From Myxococcales bacterium (GTDB lineage: Bacteria > Myxococcota_A > Polyangia > Polyangiales > Polyangiaceae): a DNA stretch of 64,000 bases. Below, one piece after another: positions 1 to 7,694 of the stretch (position 1 is its first letter; every line of letters starts with the position of its first letter). The position numbers and the translations under genes are program-made. Location: positions 1 through 64,000 of the forward strand of contig JAYTOU010000042.1 of NCBI GenBank assembly GCA_043747615.1. Direction: 5' to 3'. The notes under the pieces are model-generated. The model was not told the DNA's origin and did not search any database. It worked only from the letters and a program-made list of their open reading frames with translations.

Positions 1-2788
1 AGGCGAACGCCGCTGCCATGAGCATCTTCTGCTCGAGGTCGTGACTGGCCTTGCTTCCGGTGGCCGGGCTTGCGCTCTCTTCGCGTGACACGAGAGACAG
101 CGGCATGCGATCGCCTATGTAATCGCGGATCCGAGCGTTCAAGAAATACCAGGGGCCCATGTTGCGCGGCTCTTCTTGGACCCAGACGAGCGGAGTGCCC
201 TCTGCGTAGACGGCGAGCGCGTTCTTCAAGGCGTCGTTCAGCGGATAGAGCTGCTCCAGCCGCACGATCGCCACGTCGGATCGGCCGGCCGCTTTTCGCG
301 CCTCGACGAGGTCGTAGTAAACCTTGCCCGTGCAGAGGAGCACGCGCCTGGTGTTCTTCGGATCGATCGCGTCGTCACTGATCACTCGCTGAAATTCGCC
401 CGCCGCGAGATCGTCGAGCGAGGACACCGCTGCACTCGCGCGAAGGAGCTGCTTCGGCGTGAAGATGACGAGCGGCTTTCTCCAGCGACGAAGCACTTGC
501 CGGCGAAGCACGTGGAAAATTTGCGCGGGCGTGGTGAGGTTGCAGACTTGGATGTTGTCCTCGGCGGACAGCTGCAAAAACCGCTCGATCCGCGCGCTCG
601 AGTGCTCCGGCCCCATGCCTTCGTAGCCGTGCGGAAGGAAGAGAACGAGCCCGCTCAAGCGAAGCCATTTGTCCTCGGCGGACACGATGAATTGATCGAT
701 GATTACCTGCGCGCTGTTCATGAAATCGCCGAACTGCGCTTCCCAGATCACGAGCCCATCCGGGCAATCGAGGCTGTAGCCGTACTCGAAGCCGAGGACG
801 CCGGCTTCGGACAGCGAGCTGTCCCAGACCTGGAATTTCCCGGTGCCGATGCTTTCGAGCGGTGTGTAGGGGACGCCCGTATTGGTGTCGTAGAGGACAG
901 CGTGGCGATGACTGAAGGTGCCGCGCCGCGCGTCCTGGCCGCTCAGACGAATCGGGTATCCTTCGATGAGGAGGGTGGCGTAGGCCAAGGTCTCGCCCGT
1001 CTCCCAGGCCAGGACGCTCTTGCCTTCCATGTTCGGATAGACTCCGCGCGCCTTGTCTCTGCGTGCTTGGAGAATGCCGAGCGCCTTTGGCATCGGCGTG
1101 AAGCCGTCGGGCATCGTACAGAGTCGATCCAGGGCATCGAGCAGGATTTCTTTTTTCACGCCCGTAGGCACTTCGGGGACCATGCCGTCCGGCCCGCCGT
1201 AGTACGGCGCCCAGAGCCCTTCCATGGTGTTCGGGTACTGGAGAAAATCGCCTTTTTGCGCGTCGGCCATCGCCTCGGTGAGGAGCGCTTTGCGTGCGGA
1301 TTCGATTTCGTCGGCTTGCGCGCGGGTGACCTGCCCCGTGCCCGTGAGGCGCGTGACGTAGACCTCGCGCACCGTCGGCTTCTTGTCGATGAGCGCGTAC
1401 ATCAAGGGCTGCGTGAAGCGCGGCTCGTCGCCTTCGTTGTGGCCGTGCTTTCGGTAGCAGTACATGTCGATGACGACGTCTTTGGCGAAGCGCTCGCGGA
1501 ACTCGATGGCGAGACGCGTGACCTGGATGACCGCCTCCGGATCTTCACCGTTCACGTGAAAAACAGGGACTTTCAGCATCCGCGTGATGTCCGTGCAGTA
1601 GCGCGTCGAGCGCGCATCGCGAGGCACGGTGGTAAAGCCGATCTGATTGTTGACGACGACGTGAATGGTGCCGCGTGTGGAGTAGCCCTCGAGGCCGGCG
1701 AGATTCAGCGTCTCCGGCACGACGCCCTGACCCATGAACGCGGCGTCCCCATGAATGAGGAGCGGCATGACATTCGGCCGCTTCGCGCGATCTTGCTTGG
1801 CGCGCACGCGACCCTCCACGACCGGGTTCACGAACTCCAGATGGCTCGGGTTGAACGCGAGAGAGAGGTGCACGACGGCGCCCGAGGACGTCTCACGATC
1901 GCTCGAGTAACCGAGGTGATACTTCACGTCTCCGGCGCCGAGAAAGAGCTCCGGCTTCTTATCGTTGAAGGCCGCGAAGATCTCGCGCGCGTTCTTGCCC
2001 ATGATGTTCGCGAGGACGTTGAGCCGACCGCGGTGGGCCATTCCGAGGACGATCTCGTTGACCCCTTTGGCGCCGGCTTCCTCGACGAGGAGATCGAGGA
2101 GCGCGATCATGCTCTCGGCGCCTTCGATCGAGAAACGCTTGGCGTGCTGGTAGTTGGTCTGGATGAATTTCTCGAAGACCTCAGCGTCGGTCAGCTTCGT
2201 GAGAATGCGAATGAGCTGCGTCGTGTCGAGCGAGGCGTGGTTCCGCGTCGACTCCATCTTCTCTTGGAGCCACGCGCGCATCTCTGGCTCTTCGATCTGC
2301 GTGAACTCCACACCGATCGATCCGCAGTAGGTGTCGCTGAGGTGAGCGATGATCATTCGCAGCGTTGCGCGCTCCGGAAGACCGGCGATGCCGACCGTCG
2401 GGAACGTGGTGTCGAGGTCCTGCGTGCTGAGGCCGAAGTTGGCGAGATCGAGCTCCGGGGCCGCCTCGGGGGGCTGTCCGAGCGGGTCGAGGTGAGCGAA
2501 GAGATGTCCGCGCACGCGGTATGCGTTGAGGAGCTGGTAGACACGACCCTGAATGGCGGCTGCAGCGAGGACCTGCTCCTTGCGGCTCGCGGCGGCGGAC
2601 GGCGCTGTCGCGTATTGCACGCCGTTTCCGTTCCCGTTCCCGTTGCTCAGCGCGCTATTTGGAGCCGCGGCGCCGTTGTGCGACGCAAAGTAATCGCGCC
2701 AGAGGGCGTCGACCGATTGCGGGCTCTGCTGGTAGCGCGCGTGCAGCTCTTCGACGAAGCCTGCGTTGATCCCAAATTCGTCAAACAT
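1..2788 (-). CDS. sucA: 2-oxoglutarate dehydrogenase E1 component (stop codon cut by window edge)
   Basis: Read manually because it is missing from the ORF track. ATG at 2788 gives MFDEFGINAGFVEEL..., GMAHRGRLNVL, TPP motif LIHGDAAFMGQGVV, and C-term ASPATGSKASHDLEQ...AFA; 929 codons down to base 2. Confidence 0.96.
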   Translation of the reverse strand, partial: MFDEFGINAGFVEELHARYQQSPQSVDALWRDYFASHNGAAAPNSALSNGNGNGNGVQYATAPSAAASRKEQVLAAAAIQGRVYQLLNAYRVRGHLFAHLDPLGQPPEAAPELDLANFGLSTQDLDTTFPTVGIAGLPERATLRMIIAHLSDTYCGSIGVEFTQIEEPEMRAWLQEKMESTRNHASLDTTQLIRILTKLTDAEVFEKFIQTNYQHAKRFSIEGAESMIALLDLLVEEAGAKGVNEIVLGMAHRGRLNVLANIMGKNAREIFAAFNDKKPELFLGAGDVKYHLGYSSDRETSSGAVVHLSLAFNPSHLEFVNPVVEGRVRAKQDRAKRPNVMPLLIHGDAAFMGQGVVPETLNLAGLEGYSTRGTIHVVVNNQIGFTTVPRDARSTRYCTDITRMLKVPVFHVNGEDPEAVIQVTRLAIEFRERFAKDVVIDMYCYRKHGHNEGDEPRFTQPLMYALIDKKPTVREVYVTRLTGTGQVTRAQADEIESARKALLTEAMADAQKGDFLQYPNTMEGLWAPYYGGPDGMVPEVPTGVKKEILLDALDRLCTMPDGFTPMPKALGILQARRDKARGVYPNMEGKSVLAWETGETLAYATLLIEGYPIRLSGQDARRGTFSHRHAVLYDTNTGVPYTPLESIGTGKFQVWDSSLSEAGVLGFEYGYSLDCPDGLVIWEAQFGDFMNSAQVIIDQFIVSAEDKWLRLSGLVLFLPHGYEGMGPEHSSARIERFLQLSAEDNIQVCNLTTPAQIFHVLRRQVLRRWRKPLVIFTPKQLLRASAAVSSLDDLAAGEFQRVISDDAIDPKNTRRVLLCTGKVYYDLVEARKAAGRSDVAIVRLEQLYPLNDALKNALAVYAEGTPLVWVQEEPRNMGPWYFLNARIRDYIGDRMPLSLVSREESASPATGSKASHDLEQKMLMAAAFA

Positions 2789-2863
2789 CGTTTCGCTTGT
2801 TCCCGTCGCGGAGGTGGGCGCCCACGATAGCCCAACTCTAGGTCCGATTTTAGGGGCGGCTCG

Positions 2864-4042
2864 TCACTTATTTGAGAGCCAGGCGCTCAAGTCAGCCGCG
2901 GGATCGAGGGCCACGAGCATGGCATCGACGGAGATCGCGGATACCGTCGTTCCGTGCGGGGCGACATGCACACCGTCTGGACCGCGCCACACGACCACCC
3001 GAACCGCTTGCGACGTGCGCACCTCAGGCGTGGCGGGAGGCGTCGACTTTGCGCCGCTCACGACAATTGCTCGTTCCGTATACGCAGGCGTGCCGAGGCG
3101 GGTGCGGTTGGGCTCGTCGTAGGGGGCCGGATCGCCGGCGAAGGACTGGGTCGGCCACGAGTCCATGTCGTCGACGGACGGCGCGATGCTCGCCTCGCGC
3201 TTGCCGTGCGGAGTCTCGGGCGAGGAGGGACGATCGTCCTGCGCCGGCGGGTACTCCATCATTTGAGTCTCGTCGGTGTTCGTGACTTCGGTACCGTGAG
3301 CTTTTGCTGCGGCTGCCAGACGTGCGGCGCGCTCGACGTCGGGCGCCGTGATCGGAGCCGCGGGCAGTGGCTTGGTTTTGTCGGGTTCCTTCAGGACGTT
3401 TGGCTCGGACTTCGCAGCTTGAGGCGCCATCACCGCTCCGCGCCACGAGCTCGCGACGGCCACCCGCTGTCCGACGGCGGCCACGGGGGCCCTGGGCTTC
3501 ATTGCTTCCGACGCGCCGCTCGGTTTCGTGAGCGCGGAAGGAGCCGGAGCCTTGATGACGGGGCCAGCGGCAGGCGTCCTTTGGATGGGTGGTGGCGGCC
3601 GAGACCTGCGCGCGTCCGGTGCCTCGACGAGGCTCGGTTTTGATCCCATCGGGCTCATATGGGTGAGCGTTTGGCTGACAGTCTGCATCGTCGGAATCGC
3701 CTTCGGCGCGGGAGCTGCGGGGGGCCTGCTCGGAGGCGGAGGCGGCCTGCTCTGGGTCGCCTGCGGAGGCTTCATCTGTGCGGCGGGAGGCGGCTTCGGT
3801 CCGTCGAGATCCGACGCGAGCTCGGCTGCAGCCTTCGCGAGCGCGAGCGCCCGATCGTCGTCCTCGGCTTCGGATGCAGCCTCGGCGGCGCGGCGCAACC
3901 ACTTGAGGGCATCGGTTCGGTCACCGCGTTTCCACGTGGCCTCGGCGGTCGAGAGCGCCCACGAAACGTCTTCGTGATCGTTCGGAGCCGGTGGCGGAAT
4001 GGGCATTTTTCTCGAGTCTTCAGCCTTATTTTCGTCCGCCAT
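2864..4042 (-). CDS. Hypothetical protein: helical N-domain, long Pro/Ala-rich linker, small C-domain
   Basis: ORF 2864..4177; more likely start MADENK at 4042. Ordered-looking ends (DVSWALSTAEATWKRGDRTDALKWLRRAAE; SQAVRVVVWRG) flank low-complexity sequence. Confidence 0.7.
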   Translation of the reverse strand: MADENKAEDSRKMPIPPPAPNDHEDVSWALSTAEATWKRGDRTDALKWLRRAAEAASEAEDDDRALALAKAAAELASDLDGPKPPPAAQMKPPQATQSRPPPPPSRPPAAPAPKAIPTMQTVSQTLTHMSPMGSKPSLVEAPDARRSRPPPPIQRTPAAGPVIKAPAPSALTKPSGASEAMKPRAPVAAVGQRVAVASSWRGAVMAPQAAKSEPNVLKEPDKTKPLPAAPITAPDVERAARLAAAAKAHGTEVTNTDETQMMEYPPAQDDRPSSPETPHGKREASIAPSVDDMDSWPTQSFAGDPAPYDEPNRTRLGTPAYTERAIVVSGAKSTPPATPEVRTSQAVRVVVWRGPDGVHVAPHGTTVSAISVDAMLVALDPAADLSAWLSNK

Positions 4043-4101
4043 GCTCGTGCTCAGACTCGGGCAAGCGGCAGCGCTTGGCAAGCTCCAATTCGAGCCGCTT
4101 C

Positions 4102-4405
4102 CTACGCCTCGAGCTGACTTTTCACGCCCGCCGGTAGCCGTCCCTCGGCGCGATCGGCTTGCCCCCGCCGCGTCCACCGCTAGCCGTGGTCGCCGCTTTC
4201 AGCCAGGCCGCGCAGTCGAAGGCGGTGCCGGCGCTGCTGGGCCATGTGATCGCTCGGTGTCAGCGAGCTGTCCGCCCGCCTCGCGATAAAAAATCGTGCA
4301 GTCGAGGACGATGGACGGCTTGCCTTTGAACTGCCCCTGCCGCGCCTCGCCCGTCTCTAACGACGAGCGGAAGGGATCCGCGAGGTAGAGCTTTTCCGTC
4401 GCCAC
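4102..4405 (-). pseudogene. Remnant of an alanyl-tRNA editing (AlaX-type)/DHHA1 gene with a large internal deletion and a frameshift
   Basis: N-term KLYLADP...VLDCTIFYREAGGQLAD joins directly to a DHHA1-like end in other frames: FDCAAWLKAATTASGGRGGGKP / DRAEGRLPAGVKSQLEA* (TAG 4104-4102). Confidence 0.8.
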
Positions 4406-4433
4406 ACGGGAGGCTCAAGCAGATAATCTCGCC

Positions 4434-4634
4434 ATGCATGTGACGGTCAACGGCGAGGCCCACGAGATCCCCGAAGCGCTGACGGTGCGCGGGCTCGTCG
4501 AACATCTGGCGCTCACCGGAGGGCCCGTCGCCGTCGAGGTAAATCAAGACGTCGTCATCCGAGCGGAGCACACCGCGCGTGTCCTCACGGAAGGCGACGT
4601 GATCGAAATCGTCCATTTCGTCGGCGGCGGGTGA
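4434..4634 (+). CDS. thiS: Sulfur carrier protein ThiS
   Basis: 66 aa, ubiquitin-like pattern VTVNGE...VAVEVN...GDVIEIVHFVGGG with C-terminal GG. Confidence 0.93.
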   Translation: MHVTVNGEAHEIPEALTVRGLVEHLALTGGPVAVEVNQDVVIRAEHTARVLTEGDVIEIVHFVGGG

Positions 4635-4639
4635 GCGAC

Positions 4640-5772
4640 ATGAAGCGCGCGTTCCTCTTCGTCCTGCTGACGGCGGTCGTCGCGTGCGAAAGCTCCACGG
4701 CAAGCGCGCCGTGCCCCAAGGCTGCGCCGGTCGCAATTGCTTCGAGCGCGCCGCCCGCCCCCGTGATTGCGATGACCCCGAAACAACTGCTCGAAAAAAT
4801 CTTCACCGAGCCGCACCCGGATCCGGCCTGGTTTCAGCCGTCTTCGCGAAGGGCACATGGGAAGCGACGATCTCCGTCAGCGAGGGAAAGATCGAAGGGT
4901 TGCTCGTTCGTCCGCGTGCAGCCGCCGCGACGACGATCGAGGAGGCCGTCGCGCCGCTTCGTACCCTTCCGGGGAAAGTCGGCTTCACGATCATCGCCGA
5001 CGGTAAGACGCTAGCGAGCGAGAAAGAGGCGGACCCGCTCGCCGTAGGATCTTCGTTCAAGCTCGCGGTGCTCGTCGAGCTTCGCAATCGCATCGAAAAG
5101 CAGAAGAAGCTCAGCTGGGATCACGTCGTCACCCTCAATCAAAAATTGAAATCGCTCCCGTCGGGGATGACCCAGGAATGGCCGGACCACTCGGCGGTGA
5201 CCGTGCAGACGCTCGCGGCGCTCATGATCTCGATCAGCGACAACACCGCAACCGACGCAGTGATTCACCTGCTGGGGCGTGGCTCGCTCGCTCACTACGG
5301 CGCTTCGCCATTTCGTCCGTTCCTCACGACCGCCGAGACATTTCGTTTGAAAGCGAAGGGGAACGAAGCGCTGCTCGATCGCTTTCGCACCGCGACGCCC
5401 GGTCAGCGCGAGAAGATGCTCGACGAGGTCGCGAAGCTTCCACTCCCGCGCGCAGAGGACTATCCGAAGGGCGTGACCGCGCTCGACGTGGAGTGGTTCT
5501 TCTCACCGCTCTAGCTCTGCGCGTTCATGTCGAAGGTCCACGATTTGCCGCTCATGGGCATCAACCCCGGCGCCGCGAAGAAGAGCGACTGGGACCACGT
5601 CGCTTACAAAGGCGGAAGTGAGCCCGGCGTGATCAACATGACCACGTGGGTCGCGAAGGGCGCAAAATCGTACTGCATCTCGGCCACGTGGAACGATCAT
5701 GAGCCGCTCGACGAGACGCGTTTCGCGCTTGCGTACAGCGGCGTTCTCACATTTCTCGCCAAGTCGCCGTAG
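4640..5772 (+). pseudogene. Class A beta-lactamase-like serine hydrolase lipoprotein, disrupted by a frameshift and a nonsense codon
   Basis: Lipobox VVAC; frame change near 4837-4842; SxxK (GSSFK), SDN (ISDNTATD); in-frame TAG 5512-5514; KGG (YKGGS) lies after the stop in the same frame. Confidence 0.85.
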
Positions 5773-5784
5773 GGCTGAAAGACC

Positions 5785-6546
5785 TCAGCGGTCGACGAGA
5801 ATGCGCGCCTTGGCCACGAGCTCGCTAACGGCGTCCTCTGCGGCGGTGGCGAGGAGCGGACCCTTGCTAAACGCGCGGCCATCGATCGGCGCACCGATGC
5901 AAACGACGAGCTTGGTGGGCGGAGCACCGGCCATGCGAGCGAGGTGCTTCGTGAAGGTCTCGCCGACGAAGGCGGCTTGGGATCCCGTTTCGTACGCGAT
6001 TCCAACCGGGACCACCTCGGCGCCCGCGCGCACCGCGGCCACGAACGCACCGGCCTGAAAAGGCCGCACGCGATCGCCAGGGAAGGTCGTTCCTTCGGGG
6101 AACGCGGCGACGGTGGAGCCCGCACGAAGTACCTGAAAAATGGCTCGAATCGCTGACGCCCCGCTCATCTTGTTGCCGCGGTCGACGAAGACCGTTCCGG
6201 CGCGCGTGGCGGCTGCGCCGACGAGAGGCCACTTCGAGAGATCGCCGCGGCTCACGATGCGACCGCCGAACGTGCTCAAGAGCACCGCGATGTCGATGGT
6301 CGATCTATGATTGGCGACCACCAGTCGACCCGCACGCTTGGGCGGCACCTCCCCAACCACCACGACGTTCACGTCGAAGAGACCAAGGAGCGCCTCGCTC
6401 CACCTTCGCGTCCAGCGATCGCGCAGCGGTTCGCGCTCCGCCGCGCCGGACATGGCGTCGCGTGCGCTGTAGACGGGCAGCATGGCCCCGGTGATCGCGG
6501 CAAATCCTGCGACGCGAACGACACGTCTGGCGAACACGCGCGTCAC
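5785..6546 (-). CDS. plsC: 1-acyl-sn-glycerol-3-phosphate acyltransferase (lysophospholipid acyltransferase family)
   Basis: NHRSTID, FVDR and FPEGT motifs; GTG at 6546 overlaps the cls stop (GTGA). Confidence 0.88.
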   Translation of the reverse strand: MTRVFARRVVRVAGFAAITGAMLPVYSARDAMSGAAEREPLRDRWTRRWSEALLGLFDVNVVVVGEVPPKRAGRLVVANHRSTIDIAVLLSTFGGRIVSRGDLSKWPLVGAAATRAGTVFVDRGNKMSGASAIRAIFQVLRAGSTVAAFPEGTTFPGDRVRPFQAGAFVAAVRAGAEVVPVGIAYETGSQAAFVGETFTKHLARMAGAPPTKLVVCIGAPIDGRAFSKGPLLATAAEDAVSELVAKARILVDR

Positions 6547-7694
6547 CACAGCTTCCTCAGGGCGAAGGCCACCCACTCCGCTCCCCGGCGAAGCGTGGCT
6601 CGCTGCCGCCACGAGGTGAGATCGATGCGGTTCGCCCGCGCGAGATCGTGCTCGAACCACTGCCGAACGTAACGCGTGAACGCGGGGTCTTCCACGGCGA
6701 GATTCGCTTCCATGTTCTTGCGCCACGAGCGGTCGTCGAGGTTGTAGCTGCCGATGGTGACGAAGGCTTCGTCCACGATCGCCGTCTTCGCGTGGAGGAC
6801 GGGGCCTGGCATCGCGTAGACTTCGACGCCGTGACGAAGGAGCTGATCGAAGTGCGCCTCGACGGCGAACTGGACGATGGGCACGTCTCCCCGCTCGGGG
6901 ACGAGGACCCGCACCTTGACCCCCCGCGCGACCGCGCGAAATAGGGCTTTTCGCACGCCAGCGTCAGGAACGAAATACGAGTTGGCGATGTCGACGATCT
7001 GCTTGGCGTTCGAGATCCGCACGATGTACTCGCGTCGGATGCTCCGTCGCCTTCGCCAGTTGTTGGCGAGGACCCACACCGGGCGCGTGCGCTGTTTCGG
7101 GAAGGGGAGAACGTCGCGCGGGGGAGGCATCCGCGTCACGCGTCGCCAGGTCTCGAAAAAAAGAGAGCGGAGCTCGTCGACCGCGGGACCCTTGAGGGCC
7201 ACGACGTCGTCACGCCACGCCTTGCCGCCTTCTTCGATCGGTAGCCACTGAAGGCTCAAGTTGATGCCGCCGATGAAGGCAATCTCGTCGTCGACGACCA
7301 GGACCTTGCGGTGATCGCGGCGCTCTATGCGATCCAAGCTGAAGCTGGTCGTGAAGGGAAAAACGGTGTGGTACTCGCGCACGTCTCCGCCCGCGTCGCG
7401 AAGTGGAACCCACCAGGCCTCGGTCATTCCCAGGCTGCCTAGTGAGTCGTAGATCACGTGGACGGTTACGCCTGCCTTGGCCCGTTCGATCAGCGCGTCA
7501 CGAAAACGCTGCCCGCAGGCATCGGCGCCGATCCAGTACATCTCGAGGAGGATCTCTTTTTTTGCGTGGGCGATGGCCTCGAGCATCGCCGGGAAGGCCT
7601 GCACGCCGTCGCGAAGGAGCTGCACCGAATCGCTGCCGACCGCGAACCACGGTCCGACGCTCGAGGTGAGGGCGTGAATGGGATCGGTGATCAC
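6543..7694 (-). CDS. cls: Cardiolipin synthase (ClsB-type phospholipase D family)
   Basis: Two HKD motifs (HRKVLVVD...GGIN; HAKTAIVD...GSYN), WRDD, NSYFVPD; no N-terminal TM segment. Confidence 0.9.
   Translation of the reverse strand: MITDPIHALTSSVGPWFAVGSDSVQLLRDGVQAFPAMLEAIAHAKKEILLEMYWIGADACGQRFRDALIERAKAGVTVHVIYDSLGSLGMTEAWWVPLRDAGGDVREYHTVFPFTTSFSLDRIERRDHRKVLVVDDEIAFIGGINLSLQWLPIEEGGKAWRDDVVALKGPAVDELRSLFFETWRRVTRMPPPRDVLPFPKQRTRPVWVLANNWRRRRSIRREYIVRISNAKQIVDIANSYFVPDAGVRKALFRAVARGVKVRVLVPERGDVPIVQFAVEAHFDQLLRHGVEVYAMPGPVLHAKTAIVDEAFVTIGSYNLDDRSWRKNMEANLAVEDPAFTRYVRQWFEHDLARANRIDLTSWRQRATLRRGAEWVAFALRKLW

Noticed and set aside
176..2830. 884-aa + strand ORF
   Set aside because: Antisense shadow of sucA, which carries the real motifs and is absent from the track only because its stop is cut by the window edge.
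4380..4433. TPP riboswitch before thiS
   Set aside because: Only 28 bp separate thiS from the divergent alaX remnant, and no CUGAGA-type core is visible.
5512..5514. TAG as pyrrolysine or programmed readthrough
   Set aside because: The gene also has an upstream frameshift, no pyl genes are in the window, and TAG ends many normal genes here.
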